This document shows positions 8,108 through 15,268 of a stretch of DNA of 46,039 bases, in pieces. A model generated the notes under the pieces. The model was not told where the DNA came from. It ran no database searches and saw nothing but the letters and a program-made list of their open reading frames with translations. Location of the stretch: the sequence record OL362271.1; one strand, 5' to 3'. The stretch comes from Klebsiella phage 6939. The first letter of the stretch is position 1, and every line of letters starts with the position of its first letter. A program made the translations under genes and the position numbers.

Positions 8108-8506
8108 ATGAACATGATTAATGAATCTGCTTGCGTAGCTCTGCGTAAACTTCTGGAAGATGGCAACCGTGATTTAGAGGTAAGCATCTTGGGACGTAGA
8201 TGGATGGATACATATGGCAATACATACCACACGGTTTATGTAGATGTGCTATTTCCTGAGATGAGCAGCTATACAAGCTTAATAGCTACTGGTGCACCTA
8301 ACTACGGTTATGGTGATATGTGGGAGCAGACAGCTTTTAATATGTGGTTTGAGGCTACCGCATACGGTACAGATGTAGATCATGAGCTATCAGCTAAGTT
8401 AGCACAAAGCAACTTCAATACTTGCTACCTGAGCAGATTACTTAAGGCACTTAACATCAAGGTTGACTACATTGTTGTAGATGTTAAGCGAAAGAAAGAT
8501 TTGTAG
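8108..8506 (+). CDS. Early hypothetical protein, 132 aa
   Basis: Clean ORF with GGAG upstream. No motif recognised. Confidence 0.55.
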   Translation: MNMINESACVALRKLLEDGNRDLEVSILGRRWMDTYGNTYHTVYVDVLFPEMSSYTSLIATGAPNYGYGDMWEQTAFNMWFEATAYGTDVDHELSAKLAQSNFNTCYLSRLLKALNIKVDYIVVDVKRKKDL

Positions 8507-8573
8507 TAATAAACTAGCAGCCATTAGCTTATAGTGGCTGCAATGATTGTTACTAAAATAACTAAGGTAGCTT

Positions 8574-8981
8574 ATGAATAACCTAGATAGTGTAAAGCAA
8601 GCTTTCTATAAATTAGCTTTAGCTGAAATAAACCTAAGAGCTGAATCTCAGAAGATGGGAGCACCTTATAAAACTTCTGAATGGCTAAAGTTTGCTAAGC
8701 TTGTATGCTTAGATAGCTATAGCGTGCTAAGAGCTTGCGAGGTTGTATCATTATCGAGAAAACAGATTTATGTAGCTGGATTCTTATTTGTCAGGGCACT
8801 ACCAGAGCCTGATAAGAGACCTAAGAGGATTAAAGGCAAATACTATTCCAGTGAAACTAAATTAGCTGTAATCAAATTACGTAGCGAGGGCGCAACTTAT
8901 GAGGACATTACTAGATTAACTGGTATACCTTATAACACGGCATCTAAATGGGTGATGATGAATAAGGCGGGGTTACTATGA
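8574..8981 (+). CDS. Early protein with helix-turn-helix motifs, 135 aa
   Basis: Two HTH-like segments (SVLRACEVVSLSRKQIY and TYEDITRLTGIPYNTASKWV), so a possible DNA-binding regulator. Confidence 0.45.
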   Translation: MNNLDSVKQAFYKLALAEINLRAESQKMGAPYKTSEWLKFAKLVCLDSYSVLRACEVVSLSRKQIYVAGFLFVRALPEPDKRPKRIKGKYYSSETKLAVIKLRSEGATYEDITRLTGIPYNTASKWVMMNKAGLL

Positions 8982-9063
8982 GCTATCGCGGGAAAGTGTG
9001 GTTGAAAGTGGCTGTATGTTTAGCTGCTTTCTGGTTATGTGTTTACTACTTAGTGAGGTTTAT

Positions 9064-9264
9064 ATGTTAGCTATTCCAACATTAGCGGCATTCATAGCAA
9101 TGCTGGTTATTATCTTTGGCTTATCAGCCATTCACTTTCACAGAGCTAAGAAGCTCTATAACGTCACACGCAAGGGTGACAACTGGGTTGTAAGAGATTG
9201 CAAAGGGCGCTTTGTGCGCATCACTAATAACTACTGGGACGTATGCAAGCTGGGGATTAACTAA
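9064..9264 (+). CDS. Small membrane protein, 67 aa
   Basis: ATG after TGAGGT. One TM helix (LAAFIAMLVIIFGLSAI) followed by a basic tail. Confidence 0.4.
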   Translation: MLAIPTLAAFIAMLVIIFGLSAIHFHRAKKLYNVTRKGDNWVVRDCKGRFVRITNNYWDVCKLGIN

Positions 9265-9485
9265 TGAGCTTATTAACAAAACGCTTTGATGAGGTTGATG
9301 CAAAGATAACTAAGCTTCAGGAAGCAAGGAAGCGTACAGAGCCATTTAGTGCTGAATGGTGGAACATAACAAGCCTTATTGGTAAGGAACTGGATAAGCT
9401 CACAGTGATTAACAGAGCTTGTTGTGAGCAAAACTTGATTCATTACACCACAGGCTTACCAGCAGATTTAAGGATTGGATTATGA
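9264..9485 (+). CDS. Hypothetical protein, 73 aa
   Basis: ATGA-type overlap with the upstream ORF. Confidence 0.4.
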   Translation: MSLLTKRFDEVDAKITKLQEARKRTEPFSAEWWNITSLIGKELDKLTVINRACCEQNLIHYTTGLPADLRIGL

Positions 9486-9621
9486 GCTTCTTAAGCATTA
9501 TTGCAGCAGCAGAAAGCAAACTTGCCATTGCAAACTTCTTAGGCGATAAGAAGATGAGAGGTGAGGCAATTGCAGCAATTCATAAAGCTAAGTTAGAGGT
9601 AAGAAACTATGTTCGCAGATA
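9482..9621 (+). CDS. Possible 46-aa protein
   Basis: ATGA overlap with the 9264 ORF. Ala/Lys-rich helical peptide. Below the ORF-track size cutoff. Confidence 0.25.
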
Positions 9622-9827
9622 GCATAACTTACCCAGCTAACACAGTGGCGGGTATGTACAAGCAAGAGCAAGAGATTTCTAAAGCTGAGGATGCTGGCTT
9701 GTTTATTACAGCAGCAGACTTAGGAAGGGATAGCACAACACTTATTAGTTGTAATAATTGCAATGAGCCTTGCCCTTGGGAGGTAATAAGTGATAGGGGT
9801 TTATGCCCTGATTGTGAGTTTGAGTAA
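9609..9827 (+). CDS. Hypothetical protein with C-terminal CxxC...CxxC zinc-ribbon-like motif, 72 aa
   Basis: CNNC...CPDC near the C-terminus, AAGAAACTATG start context. Confidence 0.4.
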   Translation: MFADSITYPANTVAGMYKQEQEISKAEDAGLFITAADLGRDSTTLISCNNCNEPCPWEVISDRGLCPDCEFE

Positions 9828-9897
9828 CTCACTTTAAGCCAGTAGTGATTGCTGGCTTATGGGGACTTACCCAAATAACTTAACTGAGGTTAATAAG

Positions 9898-10929
9898 ATG
9901 CAAGATTTAAAAGATGCCCTGCAAAATGCTGTATTTGTCCTGAAGATGGATTCTAAAGCAACTATTAAGGGTATGGTGGCTAAGCTCAAAGAACAGGGAT
10001 TTGATGAGCAGCTATGGAATACTAAGAGCAAAGCTCTATTTGTTGAAAGCATCCAAAACCACTATGAAAGCTTGTGTGAAAGCTTGCTGGTTAATGAGCT
10101 TGATGCTCTTAAGATGGAAATAAGTATCACCATAGAGGAAGCTGGCAAAGCTTCTTTCAAGCTGGGCTCACTGCTTCTTAAAGCTCGTGAGGCTTGCGAG
10201 AATCAACAAGAGTTCCTCGACTGGGTTGATTCTAACTTTGGTATTAAAAAGGCGTGGGCGTTTAAGCTCATGAAAGTATCTCAAGTGTTTGAGGCTGAGC
10301 CGTGGAGCAAGGTTGCTACTAGTGTACTGTACCTGCTGCAAGCTCAAGCCAATGATGAGCAGATGTTGGAGGCTAAGAAGTTTGCAGAGGCTGGGAAGCT
10401 GGATATTCAAACTGTTAAAGCTTTGTTAAATCCTCCTGTGATCCCTGTACGGCCTCCAGTGGCTACGGAAAATCCAGTTGAAGCTAAGGTATCAGAAAGC
10501 GTAAGAGAGGCGCTTATGGGCGCTGAGGCTCAGGAAGTGGCACCAGCTCTTCAAACTGTAGCAGCTCCGGCAGTTCCAGAAGTTGCCGTGTCTCCTGTAG
10601 TAGACAAAAGCAACAGTGAGCTACTGGCACAAATTGCCGATATGTCAGCGACCATTAAGCAGCTCACAGAGCAGCTTGCAGAAGCTACTAAGCCGCGCTT
10701 GCGTAGCTCTAGTGATATGCCAATGTTACGCCAGTTCAATAGCCCTCTGATGCATGTGCGCTTAGGATTGAGCCAGCAAGAGGCTCAAAGTAAGGAAATC
10801 ATCTTAGAAGCTTTCAAAGAGCTTTGTAAGGCTGGCTACGGTCGAGCTCATGAAGCTTTCGCGCTGCTGGATGAGGCGCGGCATGTGCTGATTCATCAGA
10901 TTAAAGAAGTTGAAGAGGTGGCAGCATGA
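9898..10929 (+). CDS. Early hypothetical protein, 343 aa, with Pro/Ala-rich linker
   Basis: Start moved to the ATG after GAGGTTAATAAG. Two helical domains joined by PPVIPVRPPVATENPVEAK...APAVPEVAVSPV. Confidence 0.55.
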   Translation: MQDLKDALQNAVFVLKMDSKATIKGMVAKLKEQGFDEQLWNTKSKALFVESIQNHYESLCESLLVNELDALKMEISITIEEAGKASFKLGSLLLKAREACENQQEFLDWVDSNFGIKKAWAFKLMKVSQVFEAEPWSKVATSVLYLLQAQANDEQMLEAKKFAEAGKLDIQTVKALLNPPVIPVRPPVATENPVEAKVSESVREALMGAEAQEVAPALQTVAAPAVPEVAVSPVVDKSNSELLAQIADMSATIKQLTEQLAEATKPRLRSSSDMPMLRQFNSPLMHVRLGLSQQEAQSKEIILEAFKELCKAGYGRAHEAFALLDEARHVLIHQIKEVEEVAA

Positions 10930-11111
10930 TAAAGCTGTATAAATCAGATGATGGGAGCTTTATTAAATCCTCAGCAAATTATAAGAGTAGGTATTTATTT
11001 AGCAATGATGGTTATGTGTGGCGACAGCTACATAGGGTACAAGGTGATATATTAATAAGTACAGGTGTATACAGGTTAATAGGTAATAACTTCAGGCGTA
11101 ATAAGCGCTAA
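10926..11111 (+). CDS. Hypothetical protein, 61 aa
   Basis: ATGA overlap with the upstream ORF. Confidence 0.35.
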   Translation: MIKLYKSDDGSFIKSSANYKSRYLFSNDGYVWRQLHRVQGDILISTGVYRLIGNNFRRNKR

Positions 11112-11115
11112 CTAA

Positions 11116-11145
11116 CGGCGGCTCACAGTAGCCGCCTTAACTTTA
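11116..11145 (+). terminator. Stem-loop upstream of the RNAP gene (ggcggctcacagtagccgcc), attenuator or RNase III-type site
   Basis: 8-bp GC stem followed by ttaactttat. Same position relative to the RNAP gene as the T7 R1 processing site. Confidence 0.35.
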
Positions 11146-11158
11146 TAAGGTAATTAAG

Positions 11159-13843
11159 ATGTATACAGAAGAGCAGCTGATAGAAGAGCAAGTAAAGATT
11201 GAGCTAGATATGTATAACGATGGTTTGTATCGGTTCGATAAGAATAACCAGCGTCATATTGATTCGGGTAATCAGTCAGACACTGACTGGAACCGCCGTC
11301 TTATTAGCACTCTCGTAGAGCCTATGGCTGAAGGTGTAAGAGCTTATAGGGATTACTATAGTAAAGTTAACCCAGAGACGGGTAAACGCCGCACAGGTAG
11401 GCCGTCTAAGGGGTTGTCGTTAATTCGCGGTATGTCAGAGGAGCAAGTAGCTTATATAGCTATCAAAGTAATATTTGATGCTCTGGGTAATCATAAGTTT
11501 GATGCTAATTACCTTGTAACAACTATAGGCAGGAGAATAGAGGATCAATTACGCTTTGATAAGCTGGAGATGTCAGCACCTAAATATATTGAGAAGATTA
11601 AAGAGTCATTAGCTAAACGCAACTCAATAGACTACGACCATCAGCACAAAGTATTAGTATCTTCTGAGAAGAAATTAGCAGACCGAAATGCCGAGAAGGT
11701 GGCAACAGGGGAAGAATCCGAGATTACTATGCAGCGCTGGGTATCTTGGGCTGAGGAAGATTGCAAGCACGTAGGCTCATTGATGGTTAACATCTTTGAG
11801 AAGGCTGTAACCTTTGAGGGTAAGCCTATTATCGCTAAACAGATTACAGGTAGCGGTAAGACTATGAGAGCTTTCATAAGCCCTACTGAGCATGTGTGTA
11901 ACTGGATTGAGCGCTATAAGGAAGCTCTTGGCGGTTTGTCGCCAGCTTTCAGCCCTTGTGTCATCCCTCCGCGCGATTGGGTTAACCCTAACCACGGCGG
12001 CTACTATACCGATAAGCTTTCTGCAACCCTTCCACTGGTTAAGTTGCGTAATAAGCGTCATATGCGCAAGCTGACTAAGAAACAGATGCCGGAAGTGTAT
12101 GCAGCTGTAAACAGTTTGCAGCGTGTACGCTGGGCTATCAGTGAGCGCGTGTTAGCTACTGCAAATGAATTGATGGCTCTTGGCTTGCCGTATGCCTTGC
12201 CGTCAAAGAATCCTAGCGACTGGAAAGAACGCTACCCTTGCCCGGTTCCAGAGCATCTGGCAGACCTGAAAGGTGATGAGCTCAAGCAAGCCCTTAATCC
12301 TCAACAGCTGGAAGATTTTACAGAGTGGAAACAGATTGCACGTCAATCATATGAAGAGGAACAAGAGCGTGTAGCAAGTGTAAGAGAAGTTGTTAGCACT
12401 CTTGGGCAAGCTAACACTTACGTCAAATACCCAGCATTGTACTTTGTATATACTCTTGACTTCCGTGGGCGTGTCTACTGCATGAGCTCACGTGTGTCTC
12501 CACAAGGTGGCGACTTACAGAAAGCTTTAATCAAGTTTGCTGATGGTATGGCACTTGGTACAACTGGTGAATATTGGTTTAAAGTACACGGCGCTAACGA
12601 GTGGGGCTGGGATAAGAAGCCTATGGATGAGCGTGTATCCAATGTAAGCACTGAAGAGTTTAAAACAATGTGCAAGGATATTGCAGATGACCCAGTTACT
12701 TTTAACGACTGGATTCATGCTGATAAACCTTGGCAATTCCTAAACTGGTGCTTTGAGTATGCTGACTTCTTACGTCACGTGGAATCAGGTGGCAACCCAG
12801 AGGATTTTGTAAGCTATATTCCTTGTGCAATGGATGGCAGCTGCTCAGGGATTCAGCACTACTCAGCTATGCTACGTGATAGAGTTGGCGGAGCTGCTGT
12901 AAACCTTACTTACTCATCAGAGGATGGCCCACAGGATATATATGGGGCTGTGTGCAAGATTGTACTTAAGAAGCTCACAGAAATTGCTGAGGGCTATGGT
13001 GTTTATGAGGGCAAACTAGATGCCTCCTTAGCTATTGAGCTGGCTAAAGAGTGGCTGCGACTACAACCAAATCGCAGCTTAACTAAGAAGCCAGTAATGA
13101 CGTTACCGTATGGCAGCACACAGCTAACCTGTCGTGAGCATGTGAGCCAGTGGCTGAAAGATTTACAGAAGGAAGAGAACAAGACAGCCAAGGCAGAATT
13201 CCGAGAGCCTATGAAGGTTCACGCTTTTGGTGACAAGTCATCTTCTATGCCGCTTATCCATGCTGAGACTTTCATGAGCTCACTGGTGTGGTCATCAATC
13301 GGTGAGGTAGTTGTAGCAGCTCGTAGCGGTATGAAGTACATCAAAGCTATTACAACCTCAGTTGCTAAAGCTAACATGCCGCTTGAGTGGACTACTCCAA
13401 CAGGCTTTGTTGTACGCCAAGAGATTTACGAGATGGCTGACCGTCGCATCAAGACGCAGCTTATGGGTACTACAGTCTTTATTAAGCAGGAGAAAACAGA
13501 CAAGATTAACTATCACCGAATGGTTAACAGCTGTGCGCCCAACTTTGTACACTCTATGGATGCAAGCCACTTGGTGAAAGCTACTAATGCTTTTGTAGAT
13601 GCTGGTATCAGTAGCATCGCGGTGATTCATGACAGCTTTGGTACACATGCTGGTAACACTTACATCCTACGTAAGCAGTTGCCAAATTCTATGGTTGACA
13701 TGTACACAGAGCATGATGTTATTAGCAACTTCTTGCAAGAGGTGGAAGCTAAGACGCTGTTAGATTTAAGCCACATCAAGATTCCAGAAGCTGGTAGCTT
13801 GGAGCTTCAGGAAATCAATCAATCAACTTATGCATTTGCTTGA
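11159..13843 (+). CDS. Single-subunit DNA-directed RNA polymerase (T7/SP6-type)
   Basis: 894 aa, with the catalytic motif C HDSFGTHA near the C-terminus and a C-terminal YAFA-type foot. Preceded by TAAGG N5 ATG. Confidence 0.95.
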   Translation: MYTEEQLIEEQVKIELDMYNDGLYRFDKNNQRHIDSGNQSDTDWNRRLISTLVEPMAEGVRAYRDYYSKVNPETGKRRTGRPSKGLSLIRGMSEEQVAYIAIKVIFDALGNHKFDANYLVTTIGRRIEDQLRFDKLEMSAPKYIEKIKESLAKRNSIDYDHQHKVLVSSEKKLADRNAEKVATGEESEITMQRWVSWAEEDCKHVGSLMVNIFEKAVTFEGKPIIAKQITGSGKTMRAFISPTEHVCNWIERYKEALGGLSPAFSPCVIPPRDWVNPNHGGYYTDKLSATLPLVKLRNKRHMRKLTKKQMPEVYAAVNSLQRVRWAISERVLATANELMALGLPYALPSKNPSDWKERYPCPVPEHLADLKGDELKQALNPQQLEDFTEWKQIARQSYEEEQERVASVREVVSTLGQANTYVKYPALYFVYTLDFRGRVYCMSSRVSPQGGDLQKALIKFADGMALGTTGEYWFKVHGANEWGWDKKPMDERVSNVSTEEFKTMCKDIADDPVTFNDWIHADKPWQFLNWCFEYADFLRHVESGGNPEDFVSYIPCAMDGSCSGIQHYSAMLRDRVGGAAVNLTYSSEDGPQDIYGAVCKIVLKKLTEIAEGYGVYEGKLDASLAIELAKEWLRLQPNRSLTKKPVMTLPYGSTQLTCREHVSQWLKDLQKEENKTAKAEFREPMKVHAFGDKSSSMPLIHAETFMSSLVWSSIGEVVVAARSGMKYIKAITTSVAKANMPLEWTTPTGFVVRQEIYEMADRRIKTQLMGTTVFIKQEKTDKINYHRMVNSCAPNFVHSMDASHLVKATNAFVDAGISSIAVIHDSFGTHAGNTYILRKQLPNSMVDMYTEHDVISNFLQEVEAKTLLDLSHIKIPEAGSLELQEINQSTYAFA

Positions 13844-13850
13844 GGTCATG

Positions 13851-14171
13851 ATGAATATTAAAGAATACCGAGTGTATAGAGCCAAGAGTTATGCTATTTC
13901 AATCAAGAAAGATAGAAGCTTAGTTGACTGCTACTACCACATAAAGGCTCTGTCAAGACTTAAACCAATTATCAGGCAAGTAGAGGCTAGAAAGTTGGTT
14001 GGTAGGGGTGTTAAATTCTTAGACAAAGAAGGGGAATTAAAACATATGCACCTTGACTCAGACTTCTTTAGAGCTGAAGTAAACTATTACCAGACTTGGA
14101 GAGGCTTACGAAAGTTGGTTGGTAGATTTGGTAAGCATGAATTAGTTAATGTAGTTAGAGGGTGGAAATAA
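13851..14171 (+). CDS. Hypothetical protein, 106 aa
   Basis: ATG just after the RNAP stop, with GAGG upstream. Confidence 0.45.
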   Translation: MNIKEYRVYRAKSYAISIKKDRSLVDCYYHIKALSRLKPIIRQVEARKLVGRGVKFLDKEGELKHMHLDSDFFRAEVNYYQTWRGLRKLVGRFGKHELVNVVRGWK

Positions 14172-14331
14172 TGATTAAATACATTCACACATTCAAGGTA
14201 AGCTCTGGCAAAGGACGCAAGGAGATTACTAAAGTTTATGATAACTATGGAAAGGCTTGGCGTGAGTACAGTTTGTTAGGTGGTAAGCTGGAAGAGCTGC
14301 AAGTTAATAGAACGTGGGGTGGTTTGAAATG
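14171..14331 (+). CDS. Hypothetical protein, 53 aa
   Basis: ATGA overlap chain of small ORFs after the RNAP gene. Confidence 0.3.
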
Positions 14332-14472
14332 AGATACGTAATAAGAAAACAACCTGATGAGAACTTATGGTATGTAAAGGATGAATGGGCTAATAGGGTA
14401 TTAGTTAGCGATGCCAGTAGGGACTACTGTGAAGGATTCTTAGCTGGCTTAGCTAATAAGGAGTTACCATAA
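14328..14472 (+). CDS. Hypothetical protein, 48 aa
   Basis: ATGA overlap at both ends. Confidence 0.3.
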
Positions 14473-14696
14473 TGCAACTGATATTTGTAACTGGGTTAGC
14501 TCACGGCAAGGTACAAACTCATGAAGGTGAGCAGCCGCCGGAAGTAATAAGGGTTGAAACAGACTTAGATGATGGTGAGCTGGGTAAGATGTTCCTTAAG
14601 TACCGTGTAGTTTACTGGAACAAACAAGAAGCTTACTATGTTCCGTTCGCTTGGCGTACTGGGTTTGCACTCAAGAAGCTATTGGAGATGATGTAA
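14472..14696 (+). CDS. Hypothetical protein, 74 aa
   Basis: ATGC overlap with the upstream ORF. Ends directly at the strong terminator. Confidence 0.45.
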   Translation: MQLIFVTGLAHGKVQTHEGEQPPEVIRVETDLDDGELGKMFLKYRVVYWNKQEAYYVPFAWRTGFALKKLLEMM

Positions 14697-14701
14697 CTTA
14701 C

Positions 14702-14733
14702 GGCGGTTCCTACGGGAGCCGCCTTTATTTTAT
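14702..14733 (+). terminator. Intrinsic terminator (ggcggttcc-tac-gggagccgcc + tttattttat), early-region terminator
   Basis: 9-bp GC-rich stem (one G-U pair) plus a 10-nt T-rich tract. Lies between the early/RNAP block and the replication block, like T7 TE. Confidence 0.7.
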
Positions 14734-14786
14734 CCGTCTTGTACTAGTTAAGTAGTACGCTTGTTGAGAATTATTATCATCTAAGT

Positions 14787-14808
14787 TTGTCTCCTATAAG
14801 AGACAAAA
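14787..14808. repeat. Palindromic element TTGTCTC-ctataa-GAGACAA
   Basis: 7-bp inverted arms with a 6-nt spacer, 55 nt after the early terminator. Confidence 0.6.
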
Positions 14809-14835
14809 TCTACTTAGCTCGTGAGAGACAAGAAT

Positions 14836-14886
14836 TCTTTAAAATCTGACCAGCGACGGCTACCAAACTGCTACAGATTTTAAAGA
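14836..14886. promoter_or_regulatory. AT-rich perfect 13-bp inverted repeat (tctttaaaatctg N25 cagattttaaaga), origin-like
   Basis: Read directly from the sequence. Sits between the early terminator and the phage promoter at 14897. Confidence 0.5.
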
Positions 14887-14896
14887 TTTTCTGCGA

Positions 14897-14923
14897 TTAA
14901 TTAAGTGACGCAATAGAAGCAAT
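14897..14923 (+). promoter_or_regulatory. Phage RNAP promoter, SP6-like (attaattaagtgacgcaatagaagcaa)
   Basis: TAAGTGACGCAATAGAAG is closest of all copies to the SP6 consensus TTAGGTGACACTATAGAAG. Confidence 0.6.
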
Positions 14924-15023
14924 CTCAGTAAGTATTAGTAAGTTACCGTAAGCTTACAGAAGCTTAGTAGCTTACATAGCTATAGAGGTTAACCCTCTAT
15001 CCCTCTAGGGATAGGGTAATAAG

Positions 15024-15043
15024 TTGTCTCCTATAAGAGACAA
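15024..15043. repeat. Palindromic element TTGTCTC-ctataa-GAGACAA
   Basis: Identical copy at the end of the second promoter-repeat module. Confidence 0.6.
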
Positions 15044-15085
15044 GATAAGTAGCACAATAGATTAATAAACCTATGGAGCTGTAAG

Positions 15086-15258
15086 ATGCAAACTAGTAAA
15101 GCTGTTGATAAGTTTAGTAAGAAGAAAGCTTATGATGCTGTAGATGAAGAAGTACGTAAGCGTAAGAAGAAAGAGGACACTAAGCGCAAGCATAAGTTCC
15201 GTAGCCGTTTCCTTGAGATTGGCGGTCACAAACTAGGTGATGCCTCTAACTTATATTA
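15086..15258 (+). CDS. Small highly basic protein, 57 aa
   Basis: GGAG N7 ATG start context. Lys/Arg-rich. Too short for the ORF track. Confidence 0.35.
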
Positions 15259-15268
15259 AGGAGACAGT

